Assembly (NCBI GenBank): GCA_963706955.1
Contig: CAVPOC010000003.1
Span: forward strand, 683,395 to 747,394
Length of the DNA: 64,000 nucleotides
Source: an uncultured Verrucomicrobiae bacterium
GTDB lineage: Bacteria > Verrucomicrobiota > Verrucomicrobiia > Chthoniobacterales > Terrimicrobiaceae
Reading direction: 5' to 3'
Under the pieces are notes generated by a model, which worked only from the letters and a program-made list of their open reading frames with translations, had not been told where the DNA came from and did no database searches. The translations under genes were made by a program, and so were the position numbers. Each line of letters opens with the position of its first letter. The first letter of the stretch is position 1. This document shows, one piece after another, positions 31,214-40,869 of this stretch.

Positions 31214-32152
31214 ATGAAGAGTCTCGGACCCGAGGCCCGAACCGACCAGGATCCGAGGACTGATTTGCATCCACTCCAGCAGGTCATGTCGGCGGTGAGT
31301 GACATGCCGGAGAGTTGCCGGGCGGTGGCTCGCTATATTCTCGACAACCCGCAACGGGTGGCCTCCTTTTCGATTGGCGAGTTGGCGAGACTGACGCGGT
31401 CGAACAAGACGGCCGTCGTGCGCGTCTGTCAGCTGAGCGGTTACCGCGGTTATCGTGAATTGCGAGCGGCGCTGCTCGAGAACCGCGGGCTGGTTCGCGG
31501 CGCCGAGTTGCTTGGCTTTGACGTTCCCCCGGACGCGGATGTTTCCGACGATCGCCTCCATGTTGCCCGAGAGGTGATCAAGATCAATTTGGAGGTCCTT
31601 CAGGAAACTCTGACTTTATTGGACAAGGCGGCCCTGGAATCGTCGGCCGACCGTATTCTGGCTGCGCGTCACGTCTTTCTGACAGGCTTTGGAAGTTCTG
31701 CGCCCGTGGCGCAAGACACCTACCAACGTTTTCTAAGACTTCAGATTTCATCGTCGGCGTGCGCGGATCCGCACATTCTGGCCAGCATTGCAGCCAATAT
31801 CTCGCCGAGCGACCTCCTCTTTTGTGTAACCTACAGCGGAGAGACCCGCGACATCATCGAAGCTTTGGAAACCGCCAGGCAACGTCAAGCCGCGACCATC
31901 ACCCTGACGAGCGTCCCGCGTTCATCGGCAGCTCGTCTTTCGGACGTCGTCCTGCTCTCCGCAGCCAGTAGGAAGGCCCGCGCCGGCGAAACGGTGGCGT
32001 CCCGGGTGGCCCAGCTGGCCGTGGTCGACGTCATCACGGCGATCATTGCGCTGAGAAAGAAAGGGGAGCTCCGTGGCGGTAGTGAGCGAATCGAACAAGA
32101 ACTCAGCAAGAAGCGCATTAGTTATCGGCCAAGGGCTAAGGGTTCATCTTAA
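31214..32152 (+). CDS. RpiR/MurR-family transcriptional regulator
   Basis: SIGELA...AVVRVCQLSGYRGYRELR HTH; SIS domain GFGSS, YSGETRDII. Confidence 0.9.
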   Translation: MKSLGPEARTDQDPRTDLHPLQQVMSAVSDMPESCRAVARYILDNPQRVASFSIGELARLTRSNKTAVVRVCQLSGYRGYRELRAALLENRGLVRGAELLGFDVPPDADVSDDRLHVAREVIKINLEVLQETLTLLDKAALESSADRILAARHVFLTGFGSSAPVAQDTYQRFLRLQISSSACADPHILASIAANISPSDLLFCVTYSGETRDIIEALETARQRQAATITLTSVPRSSAARLSDVVLLSAASRKARAGETVASRVAQLAVVDVITAIIALRKKGELRGGSERIEQELSKKRISYRPRAKGSS

Positions 32153-32194
32153 TAGCCCCGGGCTGCATCACCGGACAGTTCTTCCCCCGACAGC

Positions 32195-33202
32195 ATGAAA
32201 GTCCAAAGGACCGCCTCAGATTTTGACGGTGAGCGAGTGACGTTTCTCGACCGCGCGTCGATTTCGACGATGGCTCGTTCCTACGCAATTATCATTGTTC
32301 TGGTCATCCTTTGCGGAATCTCGGCGCTCTTTACGCCCACCTTTCTAAGCAGTGAAAACCTAACGAACATACTTCGGCAGGTGAGTGTGATCACGATTAT
32401 CGCGTTCGGGGAAACTATGTTGATCATCGCGGGAATGGTCGATCTCGCACCGGGCTCAGTCGCCGCGCTCGCTGGATGTGTGGCCATAGGCACGTTTATC
32501 GCCACCGACTCCATCCTCTTGGCTGTGATCAGCGCCGTTCTCATCGGCGCTGCGACCGGCCTGACCAGCGGATTCATCGTCACGCGGTATCGGGTTCCCT
32601 CGTTTATCATGACCCTCGCCATGATGACGATCGCTCGCGGACTAGTCTTCATCTACACGAAGGGATTTCCCATCTACGACATCGGCGCCATCAACTTTCT
32701 GGGCAAAGGCGATCTGCTGGGAATTCCGATTCCGGTCGTGGTCATGCTGGGTCTGGCTGTTTTCTCCGGCGTCCTTCTTAGCAAAACCAGGTTCGGCCGA
32801 TATCTATATGCGATTGGTGGCAGTGAGGACGCCGCCATCGCGGCGGGCATCAAGATCCGCCGCATTAAGATTCTGGCCTTTGTCCTTTGTGGGATCTTCT
32901 CGGGGATCGGGGGTCTTCTCCTGATGGCACGGCTGAATTCCGGGCAGCCGGCCGCAGGCGTCGGCTATGAGTTCGACGCGATCACCGGCGCGATTATTGG
33001 GGGAACTAGTTTCACGGGTGGCGTCGGCACCATTCCAGGCACCTTGGCGGGCTGCTTGATTGTGGGAGTTATCAACAACGTGCTGAATCTCCTAAGCGTG
33101 CCCTCCTATTACCAACAGGTCATCAAAGGTCTTATCATCGTTGTCGCTGTTGTCTTGGATCTTAAGACTCGTGGCGTCCGAACTCGGAGCCTGGTGACCT
33201 AG
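32195..33202 (+). CDS. Monosaccharide ABC transporter permease (RbsC family)
   Basis: KTRFGRYLYAIGGSEDAA..AGI, GYEFDAI...IIGGTSFTGGVG. Confidence 0.92.
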   Translation: MKVQRTASDFDGERVTFLDRASISTMARSYAIIIVLVILCGISALFTPTFLSSENLTNILRQVSVITIIAFGETMLIIAGMVDLAPGSVAALAGCVAIGTFIATDSILLAVISAVLIGAATGLTSGFIVTRYRVPSFIMTLAMMTIARGLVFIYTKGFPIYDIGAINFLGKGDLLGIPIPVVVMLGLAVFSGVLLSKTRFGRYLYAIGGSEDAAIAAGIKIRRIKILAFVLCGIFSGIGGLLLMARLNSGQPAAGVGYEFDAITGAIIGGTSFTGGVGTIPGTLAGCLIVGVINNVLNLLSVPSYYQQVIKGLIIVVAVVLDLKTRGVRTRSLVT

Positions 33203-33365
33203 TATGCTTCGGAAAAATGAGGACCCCGATTAAACGCGCCAGCGATGAAAGATTCCGACCGCGCACGACGATTTCTATTCCCTTCCCGAAATGATGCGAA
33301 TCGATCCATCACCAGGGAATGATTCCAAAAGTAAGTAGCAAAACAAAAAATCGAAATATCAACCC

Positions 33366-34337
33366 ATGAACATAAAAATCGCCACCGGCTGCATCTTAGC
33401 CTTGACCATGTCTTGCCTCATCGCTGAGGAAACCGCCAACCAAAAGGGCAAAACATACACCATCGGCTTCGCCGCGAAATCCTTTCAAGATCCGTTCACC
33501 TCCTGGCAGGCGCAGACGGTCAAGAAGTTCGCCAAAGAATCCTATCCCAACTTTGATCTTAAGCTCTTGGATTCGGAAATGTCCGTCGAAAAACAGACGA
33601 ATCTGGTGGAGAACTTCATCTCGCAGAAGGTCGACTTGATTATCGTCCAGCCTCTTGATGCGCAGGCATTGATCCCGGCAATCGACAAGGCTTACGCTCT
33701 GCAGCCACCAGTCCCGGTGATCAATCTCTCCCTAAAGATAGACGATAAGAATAGTATCTCTCTGGAGTCGGATCCGGTTCTCGAAGGCAAATTGATCGGG
33801 GATTATGCGGCCAAGCATCTCCCGCAAGGTGCCAAGGTGGCCATTCTGGAAGGAGAACCGGGCAATCTTGCCGCCGCCTCGCGACAGAAAGGGATCATGG
33901 AGGGACTAAAAGCGAGGCCAGACATCAAAGTGATCGCTGATCTCACCAGCAATTGGCGCCGGGACAAAGCGATGGCGATCACAGAGGATTGGCTCCAAGC
34001 CTATCCCCAGATTGACGCAATTCTCTGCCATAATGATGATTCCGCCCTTGGCGCTATTGAAGCTCTCAAAGCGGCGGGCAAGGCCGGCAAGGTCATGGTC
34101 CTCGGAGTCGACGGACTTCCGGAAGCATTAAAGGCGATCGAAGCGGGCCTGATGACTGGAACGGTGGTCCAGCAGGTGGTTGACCAAGCGAAGATGACAC
34201 TGGAGGTCGCCGCGAAGTTACTGAATGGAGAAAAGGTCCAACGTCACATACAGATCCCCGGCGAGTTGGTCAGTAAGGAGAATAAAAACGTCCAAAAGTG
34301 GATCGATATTGAAAAGGAAGCCGGCCTAATCAAGTAA
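33366..34337 (+). CDS. Monosaccharide ABC substrate-binding protein (RbsB family)
   Basis: Signal peptide; KVAILEGEPG, HNDDSALGA, VLGVDG. Confidence 0.92.
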   Translation: MNIKIATGCILALTMSCLIAEETANQKGKTYTIGFAAKSFQDPFTSWQAQTVKKFAKESYPNFDLKLLDSEMSVEKQTNLVENFISQKVDLIIVQPLDAQALIPAIDKAYALQPPVPVINLSLKIDDKNSISLESDPVLEGKLIGDYAAKHLPQGAKVAILEGEPGNLAAASRQKGIMEGLKARPDIKVIADLTSNWRRDKAMAITEDWLQAYPQIDAILCHNDDSALGAIEALKAAGKAGKVMVLGVDGLPEALKAIEAGLMTGTVVQQVVDQAKMTLEVAAKLLNGEKVQRHIQIPGELVSKENKNVQKWIDIEKEAGLIK

Positions 34338-34392
34338 GCATGACTGGGCTGAGGGCGTCGCTCCTCTGCCGAAAGGAAGTGCGAAAGGAGAC

Positions 34393-35880
34393 TTGAAAGC
34401 GACCAACGTTATCGCATTCGATGTCGGCGCGGGCAGCGGAAGAGTTTCCGTGGGCAGCTTTGACGGCGAGCAGATTGTAATTCGGGAGATTCATCGCTTC
34501 TTCAACCGGCCGGTAAAGATCCTCGACAACCTGCATTGGGATATTCTCAGCATATTTCAGGAGTTGAAATACGCCTTGGCGCGTCTGAACAAGAATGCGA
34601 CCTACCTGAGCGCCGGTATTGACGCCTGGGGAGCTGATTATGGTCTGATTGATCGCCGCGGACGGCTGCTCGGAAACGTTTATCACTACCGCGACAGCAG
34701 AACCGATCACATCGAAGAAAAGCTGCTCGAGAAGATTCCAGCTCGCGCGCTCTTTGCTATGACTGCGTCCGATCTGAAACGCCACTATACGCTGGCTCAG
34801 GTCTATTCGCAGGTGATCAGCCGCGATCCGCTCCTGACAACTGCGGACAAGCTTCTCCTGATCCCCGACCTCCTGAACTACCTGTTTACCGGTTCGGTGA
34901 CTGCGGAGATGACCATCGCGGGAACCAGCCAGTTGCTAAGCTCCTCGGGCGATTCATGGAACAAAACCCTGCTGGCACTGCTGGAGATTCCGGAAAAGCT
35001 CTTCCCGGCGATCACCTCTCCTGGCACTGCGCTCGGCCCGATTCAGCGCGCCTATGAGATCGAAACCGGTTTCTCCCAATTGAAGTTCGTGTCGGTTAGC
35101 GGTCATGATACGGCCTCCGCGACCTCCGTCGTCGACATGGATCACACTTCTACCTTCGTCAGCACGGGGACGACCATTGTCGTCGGAACCGAGACGTACA
35201 ATCCCCTGATAAGTGATCTCTGCTTTAGGTACGGGTTCAAGAATTGTCCCGGAACCGAGGGAAAGAATCTTTTAATGCGCAATAACACCGGCTTCTGGAT
35301 CCTCCAGCAATGCCAGCGCCAGTGGCAACGCCAGTCCACCCCCTCATTTTCTTCTCTCTCCCAACAAGCTCGGAAAACGAAGAAGCTCCCTGGCATCTTT
35401 GACCCGGAATCTGCCGATTTTCAGAATCCGGAAAGTATGCTCGCCAGCATCAAGGCTTTTGCGGTTCGAACGAATCAGACACCTCCTCAGACCAGGGGAG
35501 ACTACACGCGCTCGATCTATGCGAGTCTGGCGCTGCAAGTGAGATGGTGTGTCGAAAGGCTCGGCGAGATCCTGAGGATAAAGATGGAGCGAATCCACCT
35601 TATTGGCGGGGGGGCAAACGACAATCTCTTCTGTGAAGTCGTCGCCGATTGCACCGGTTTGCCGGTGCGGGCCGGCCCCGCGGAGGCCACTACCATTGGC
35701 AATGTCATGGTTCAACTCCGCGCCGCAACCGAAATCTCATCGCTAAGTGAAATCCGCGAAGTCGTTGGGCGATCAATACCTACTCGCGACTATCTGCCGA
35801 ACCGCAGCAGCGACGAACAGTGGGCAAGTCTGTATCTAAACTTCAATTCTTACAAGGAAACTGGACACGAATATGTATGA
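34393..35880 (+). CDS. FGGY-family sugar kinase, rhamnulokinase/fuculokinase-like
   Basis: AFDVGAGSGRV, GIDAWGADYGL, YRDSRT, GHDTASA, IGGGA; TTG start preceded by AAGGAG. Confidence 0.88.
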   Translation: MKATNVIAFDVGAGSGRVSVGSFDGEQIVIREIHRFFNRPVKILDNLHWDILSIFQELKYALARLNKNATYLSAGIDAWGADYGLIDRRGRLLGNVYHYRDSRTDHIEEKLLEKIPARALFAMTASDLKRHYTLAQVYSQVISRDPLLTTADKLLLIPDLLNYLFTGSVTAEMTIAGTSQLLSSSGDSWNKTLLALLEIPEKLFPAITSPGTALGPIQRAYEIETGFSQLKFVSVSGHDTASATSVVDMDHTSTFVSTGTTIVVGTETYNPLISDLCFRYGFKNCPGTEGKNLLMRNNTGFWILQQCQRQWQRQSTPSFSSLSQQARKTKKLPGIFDPESADFQNPESMLASIKAFAVRTNQTPPQTRGDYTRSIYASLALQVRWCVERLGEILRIKMERIHLIGGGANDNLFCEVVADCTGLPVRAGPAEATTIGNVMVQLRAATEISSLSEIREVVGRSIPTRDYLPNRSSDEQWASLYLNFNSYKETGHEYV

Positions 35881-36484
35881 GGACCTGAAACAAACGATCG
35901 TCGAGATTGCAAGGATTATGGATCAAAAGAATCTTGTTAATACTTACGAGGGCAATCTATCGATCAAGCACGAAGATAGGATTCTGATCACGCCATCCGG
36001 GAAGAGTAAAGCATCGCTAACGCCTGAGATGATCGCCGTGATCGACGAGACCGGCCGCCAGTTTGAAGGGACGCTCCGATACTCCTCCGAATTTCTTCTC
36101 CATGTCGCAGCCTATCGATTGCGCCATGATATCAGCGCGGCCATTCATTCGCACGCGCCTTATCTAACGTCGTATGCTCTTAATAATAAGCCCATTCAAA
36201 GTAACGCCTATCCGGAAATGATCAATCTCTTTGGCAAGATCCCTGTAGTTCCTTACGGGACGCCTGGCACCGAGGAAATCGCCGCGGAGATGGGTCCCCA
36301 TATCGCTGCCAGCAAAGTCGTTCTCTTGGCCAATCATGGGGTGCTTGCCGTCGGAATCGATTTGTACGATGCGTTCAATCTTACCCAGGCCGCAGAATCC
36401 ATTGCCTATATTCTTACTTTGGCCGATAACCTTGGCCATGTTCAGGATCTCACTCCGGAGCAGGTTGCGCGCGTCTCGAAATAA
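35873..36484 (+). CDS. Class II (Zn) aldolase, L-fuculose-1-phosphate aldolase-like
   Basis: EGNLS, ITPSG, SSEFLLH, IHSHAPY, LLANHG. Confidence 0.88.
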   Translation: MYEDLKQTIVEIARIMDQKNLVNTYEGNLSIKHEDRILITPSGKSKASLTPEMIAVIDETGRQFEGTLRYSSEFLLHVAAYRLRHDISAAIHSHAPYLTSYALNNKPIQSNAYPEMINLFGKIPVVPYGTPGTEEIAAEMGPHIAASKVVLLANHGVLAVGIDLYDAFNLTQAAESIAYILTLADNLGHVQDLTPEQVARVSK

Positions 36485-36543
36485 TCGCCGATTCCGACAC
36501 CGACTCACTCAGTCACGCCGTTTGCGAACTACTTGAGGACATC

Positions 36544-37308
36544 ATGATGGAGCCGCTGCTTGAGGTCCGAAACATTTCCAAGCATTTTCTGGGAATACGC
36601 GCCCTCGAGGGCGTCAATTTTAAGATCAACACGAAAGAGCGCGTCGGCTTAGTCGGAGATAACGGTGCCGGGAAATCAACGCTGATCAAGATTATCGCCG
36701 GTATTCAGCTTCCCACCGCTGGCGACATCTTTTGGGAGGGAAAACAGTTGACCATGGAATCGCCCGCGGTCGCCAGGGAATTGGGCATAGAAACGATCTA
36801 CCAAGATCTCTCGCTTGCTAATAATCTAACGACCGCCAACAACTTTTTCCTCGGCCGAGAGTTGACCCAGCGTTACCTGGGAGGGCTGGTGCAATTCTTG
36901 GATGAGAAGTCGATGAATGCTAAGACAGCAGAGTTGCTCTTCCAGATGAATTCCTCCATCCCGACGCGCAAGCAGGTGGCCTTTCTGTCCGGCGGGCAGC
37001 GACAAGCAATCGCGATCATGCGCGTGATGCTCTGGAAGGCAAAACTCATCATTATGGATGAGCCTACTGCAGCGCTGGGAGTGGCTGAACGCAGAAAGCT
37101 CCTCGATCTGATGAACGAACTCCAGCAGCATGGCGTCTCCGTGCTCCTGGTCAGCCATAACCTTCCGGACATCCTCGAGGCGACTGACCGAGTCTATGTG
37201 ATTCGGAGAGGGCGTATCGTCGGCGAGCAACGCACCGCGGCGACGACCGAGCATGCCCTGATTCAACTGATGATCGGCTCCGAACCGGCCAAACCGTCTT
37301 CCCACTAG
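36544..37308 (+). CDS. Single-domain monosaccharide ABC ATPase
   Basis: Walker A GDNGAGKST, GIETIYQDL, LSGGQRQ, MDEPTAALG. Confidence 0.92.
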   Translation: MMEPLLEVRNISKHFLGIRALEGVNFKINTKERVGLVGDNGAGKSTLIKIIAGIQLPTAGDIFWEGKQLTMESPAVARELGIETIYQDLSLANNLTTANNFFLGRELTQRYLGGLVQFLDEKSMNAKTAELLFQMNSSIPTRKQVAFLSGGQRQAIAIMRVMLWKAKLIIMDEPTAALGVAERRKLLDLMNELQQHGVSVLLVSHNLPDILEATDRVYVIRRGRIVGEQRTAATTEHALIQLMIGSEPAKPSSH

Positions 37309-37494
37309 CTGGCTGGCGCTGAGTCAAAGCCGACGAGCTATAGTCGTTGCGCCTCGATCGCCCGCCAACCGCCGCTCGGACTTCTAGATTCTTGCCCAAG
37401 GCGATCGGCTTGGTCCTATTGCTCCCGTTGGCCTGGCGCTCGCGCCAAGAACCACCGGCCTCAGCTCTAAAGACGGTTTGAGCTACCGCCGGGC

Positions 37495-38841
37495 TCAACC
37501 GCCCGTTCCGATCCACCGCAGAATCAAGGGCTCGAAGAAGTGCAGCAGGAAAATGATGGCGAGAATGTGCGTTACAGCGGTGGCTTTCCCCAGCGAACCC
37601 GACCCGAGCGATAACACCGAGAGCATTATCAATCCAAGACCGATGCCGGTGCTAATGCTAAAGCTCATCGGCATCATCAGAATTGTCAGGATCGAAGGAG
37701 CCGCTAACTGGAAATCGCTTAGATCCAGGTGCACGACCTCCTGGAACATGATCAGTCCGACGGCGACGAGCGCGGGAGCCACCGCGGCTGCCGGCACCAT
37801 GAGGATAAGAGGAGTCAGAAAAAGAGCGAGGACAAAGCAAACTGCCGTGGTGATTGCGGTCAACCCCGTCCGGCCTCCCGCCTGAATACCTGCCGCGCTC
37901 TCGATGTAGCTGACAACCGTCGAAGTCCCCAAGAGCGAGCTGATGATTGCCGCGGCGGAATCCGCGACCAGAACTCTGCCGACGCGCGGAATGTTGCCGT
38001 TCGCATCCATGATGCCGGCGCGGCGGGTCACACCGATCAGCGTGCCAAGATTGTCGAATAGATCTACTAAGAGAAGTGTGAGGATGACTGCCAAAGCCTT
38101 GAGGTGATCGGTAAAGAGGAGATCAAAGTTCAGCTTAAAGAATGTTGGTTCCAACGAGGCGGGTAATGAAAGCCACGCCGACGGCGGTGTCGTTACGGTC
38201 CCGCCGCTCGCCTTCGGGACGAAGAGACCGAGGGCCGTCACAATAGCCATCGAGACGATGATCGCGCCGGGGACGCCGCGCGCAATCAGCAGGCACGTCA
38301 GCAAGATTCCGCCGGCAAAGAGAGCAACATCTGGCCTGGACAGATCGCCCATGCTGACAAGAGTCGCCTGGTTGGCGACAATCAGGCCTCCGTTCTCGAG
38401 TCCAATGAAGGCGATGAAAAGTCCAATTCCCGCCGAGATGGCGATCTTCATCGGCGACGGGATTGCCGCGAGGATCTTTTCACGCACGCCGGTGATCGAG
38501 AGAAGCAGGAACAGGCATCCGTTGATGAAGACGAGACCAAGCGCGCTTTGCCAGGGGACCTTCATGCCGATGCAGATGCTAAAGGCAAAGAAGGCGTTGA
38601 TTCCCATTCCCGGCGCGAGCGCGAGCGGAAAATTGGTCATGAGGGCCATGAGCAGAGTGGCAACTGCTGCGCTCAGAGCCGTGGCAGTCACCAGCGCCGC
38701 CTCCGGCATACCCGCATTCTTGAGAATCGCCGGATTTACTGCCAGGATGTAGGCCATGGCCGCAAAGGTTGTCAGGCCAGCGACAACCTCGCGCCCCGCC
38801 GTGCTGCCATTTTCCCTAAGACGAAAAATGCGCTCCAGCAT
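37495..38841 (-). CDS. NCS2/AzgA-type purine permease
   Basis: AGLTTFAAMAYILAVNP, APGMG, YIESAAGIQAGGRTGLT. Confidence 0.92.
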   Translation of the reverse strand: MLERIFRLRENGSTAGREVVAGLTTFAAMAYILAVNPAILKNAGMPEAALVTATALSAAVATLLMALMTNFPLALAPGMGINAFFAFSICIGMKVPWQSALGLVFINGCLFLLLSITGVREKILAAIPSPMKIAISAGIGLFIAFIGLENGGLIVANQATLVSMGDLSRPDVALFAGGILLTCLLIARGVPGAIIVSMAIVTALGLFVPKASGGTVTTPPSAWLSLPASLEPTFFKLNFDLLFTDHLKALAVILTLLLVDLFDNLGTLIGVTRRAGIMDANGNIPRVGRVLVADSAAAIISSLLGTSTVVSYIESAAGIQAGGRTGLTAITTAVCFVLALFLTPLILMVPAAAVAPALVAVGLIMFQEVVHLDLSDFQLAAPSILTILMMPMSFSISTGIGLGLIMLSVLSLGSGSLGKATAVTHILAIIFLLHFFEPLILRWIGTGG

Positions 38842-38986
38842 TGAGCAAACTAATACGGCGCCTTGGGCGTGATGACACGTTCATTCCGCGCAAGCTTCGA
38901 AAGGGGTTGCCGAGCGCTTGCGCGAGCCTGGTCGCTTCACCCGGCCCCTGGTCACCCGGGGCCTCTACAAGCTTTCGCCTTGAAAG

Positions 38987-40414
38987 CTAATATCGATAGT
39001 AATCCGGCTTGTACGGACCTTCCAGGGGGACGCCAATGTAGGCAGCCTGCTTCGGCGTGAGGGTGGTTAGCTTCGCGCCGACCTTTCCCAGATGGAGGCG
39101 GGCCACTTCCTCATCGAGTTTCTTAGGGAGCACAAACACCGCCGGCTTGTAGACATCCCTGTTCTTCCAAAGGTCGAGCTGGGCAAGCGTTTGATTGGAG
39201 AAACTGTTGCTCATGACAAAGCTCGGATGGCCGGTGGCACAGCCGAGGTTAACGAGCCGACCCTCCGCGAGCAGAAAGATTTCGTGGCCATCCGGGAACG
39301 TATACTTATCCACCTGAGGTTTGATATTGGTTCGCTGGACGCCCGGGAAACCGTTGAGGTTGTCAACTTGGATTTCGTTATCGAAATGGCCAATATTACA
39401 CACGACGGCCTGATCCTTCATCTTGACGAGATGTTCGATCGTAATTACGTCCACATTGCCGGTCGTGGTGACATAGATGTCTCCTCGGCCAAGCGTCTCC
39501 TCGATGGTTGTGACTTCGTAGCCTTCCATGGAGGCCTGGAGCGCATTGATCGGATCGATCTCTGTGATGATCACGCGGGCCCCTTGCCCTCGGAGCGACT
39601 GAGCGCATCCTTTGCCAACATCGCCGTAACCGCAGACGACCGCGATCTTGCCGGAGATCATCACATCCATGGCCCTGTTGATCCCGTCCACCAGTGAATG
39701 CCGGCAGCCATAGAGATTATCGAATTTGGATTTGGTCACCGAGTCGTTAACGTTGAAGGCGGGAACGAGAAGCTTGCCGAGCTCCTGAAGCTTGTAGAGG
39801 CGATGAACGCCTGTCGTGGTCTCCTCGGAGACGCCGCGCCACTCCCTGACGATCTCGTGAAAGACGAACGGGTTCTCCGCATGAATCCTCTTCAAGAGAT
39901 CCTTGATGACTTCTTCCTCATGGCTTGCACTCGGGCTGTTGACCCAATCATCTCCCTCTTCGAGTTCATGTCCTTTGTGGAGAAGCAAGGTGACGTCGCC
40001 GCCATCATCGACGACCAACTGCGGACCCTTGCCTTCCGGATTCAGGACGGCCCGCCATGTGCAATCCCAGTACTCCTCGAGAGATTCGCCTTTCCACGCG
40101 AACACAGGCACGCCTTCCTTGGCAATGGCGGCGGCGGCATGATCCTGGGTTGAGAAAATGTTGCAGCTTGCCCAGCGCACCGTGGCACCGAGTTCCACGA
40201 GCGTCTCGATGAGGACTGCCGTCTGGATCGTCATGTGGAGCGACCCGGTAATCCGCACCCCCGCCAGCGGCTTCTCCGAGGCATACTTTTCGCGAATAGC
40301 CATCAGCCCTGGCATCTCCTTTTCGGCAATCGAAATTTCCTTGCGCCCCCACTCCGCGAGAGCAATGTCGCGGACTTTGAAGTCGGCTGTTGGCGGTAGA
40401 ATTGCAGTACTCAT
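38987..40414 (-). CDS. ahcY: Adenosylhomocysteinase
   Basis: [51 protein letters not shown]; start at ATG of MSTAILPP. Confidence 0.98.
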   Translation of the reverse strand: MSTAILPPTADFKVRDIALAEWGRKEISIAEKEMPGLMAIREKYASEKPLAGVRITGSLHMTIQTAVLIETLVELGATVRWASCNIFSTQDHAAAAIAKEGVPVFAWKGESLEEYWDCTWRAVLNPEGKGPQLVVDDGGDVTLLLHKGHELEEGDDWVNSPSASHEEEVIKDLLKRIHAENPFVFHEIVREWRGVSEETTTGVHRLYKLQELGKLLVPAFNVNDSVTKSKFDNLYGCRHSLVDGINRAMDVMISGKIAVVCGYGDVGKGCAQSLRGQGARVIITEIDPINALQASMEGYEVTTIEETLGRGDIYVTTTGNVDVITIEHLVKMKDQAVVCNIGHFDNEIQVDNLNGFPGVQRTNIKPQVDKYTFPDGHEIFLLAEGRLVNLGCATGHPSFVMSNSFSNQTLAQLDLWKNRDVYKPAVFVLPKKLDEEVARLHLGKVGAKLTTLTPKQAAYIGVPLEGPYKPDYYRY

Positions 40415-40830
40415 AATCTTAGTTGATCCACAGATTTCACAGATTCGCACAGATTGTTCTCTGTCCCGAAAACCATACGTTTATACTCGAGGCTGGCAGC
40501 TCCGAAGTTAATTAGAATTCCTCGCCGATGCTTGGTCGCTTTTAGTTGATTTAGGAGCTGAGCTTGGTTAGGCGAGACCAAAGCCGTGGTCGCCTTGATC
40601 TCGACAAGGACGTTTTCAAAGCAAACAAAGTCAGCCCGATAACCACACGAGAGGCGCATCCCCTTGTATTCGACTGGCAGTTCAACCTCTGCCCGGAAAG
40701 GAATTCGGCGCGCCGCAAATTCGATCGCTAAGGCTGCCTGATACACCGCCTCCAGAAAACCATCGCCTAACTCTCGATGCACCTCCATCGCTGCGCCGAT
40801 GATGTCATAGGTTTGCGGGTCATTCTCCAT
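40411..40830 (-). CDS. GxxExxY protein (PD-(D/E)XK-like nuclease fold)
   Basis: [22 protein letters not shown] (G-FL-E-AV-Y), RADFV...VEIKA, GILINFG. Confidence 0.92.
   Translation of the reverse strand: MENDPQTYDIIGAAMEVHRELGDGFLEAVYQAALAIEFAARRIPFRAEVELPVEYKGMRLSCGYRADFVCFENVLVEIKATTALVSPNQAQLLNQLKATKHRRGILINFGAASLEYKRMVFGTENNLCESVKSVDQLRL
40421..40455 (+). repeat. Left inverted-repeat arm of GxxExxY cassette (3 x CACAGATT)
   Basis: AGTTGATC-CACAGATT-T-CACAGATT-CG-CACAGATT. Confidence 0.9.
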
Positions 40831-40833
40831 TCT

Positions 40834-40869
40834 AATCTGTGAAAATCTGTGCCAATCTGTGGACAAACT
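40834..40869 (-). repeat. Right inverted-repeat arm of GxxExxY cassette (3 x AATCTGTG)
   Basis: AATCTGTG-AA-AATCTGTG-CC-AATCTGTG-GACAAACT, an imperfect reverse complement of the left arm. Confidence 0.9.

Larger units (their letters stand above)
40421..40869 (-). mobile_element. Candidate inverted-repeat-bounded GxxExxY insertion element
   Basis: One nuclease-fold gene bounded by inverted arms, filling the metK-ahcY junction. Mobility is inferred, not shown. Confidence 0.55.

Noticed and set aside
38842..38986. Possible SAH or purine riboswitch between ahcY and the NCS2 permease (CCAGGCTCG, GCGCTCG pieces on the minus strand)
   Set aside because: Lacks the GAGGAGCG..GC core in the correct order and the purine aptamer signature; an Infernal/Rfam scan would be decisive.
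40427..40861. CACAGATT arrays as a CRISPR array
   Set aside because: 8-bp units with 1-2 nt spacers in inverted orientation and no cas genes.
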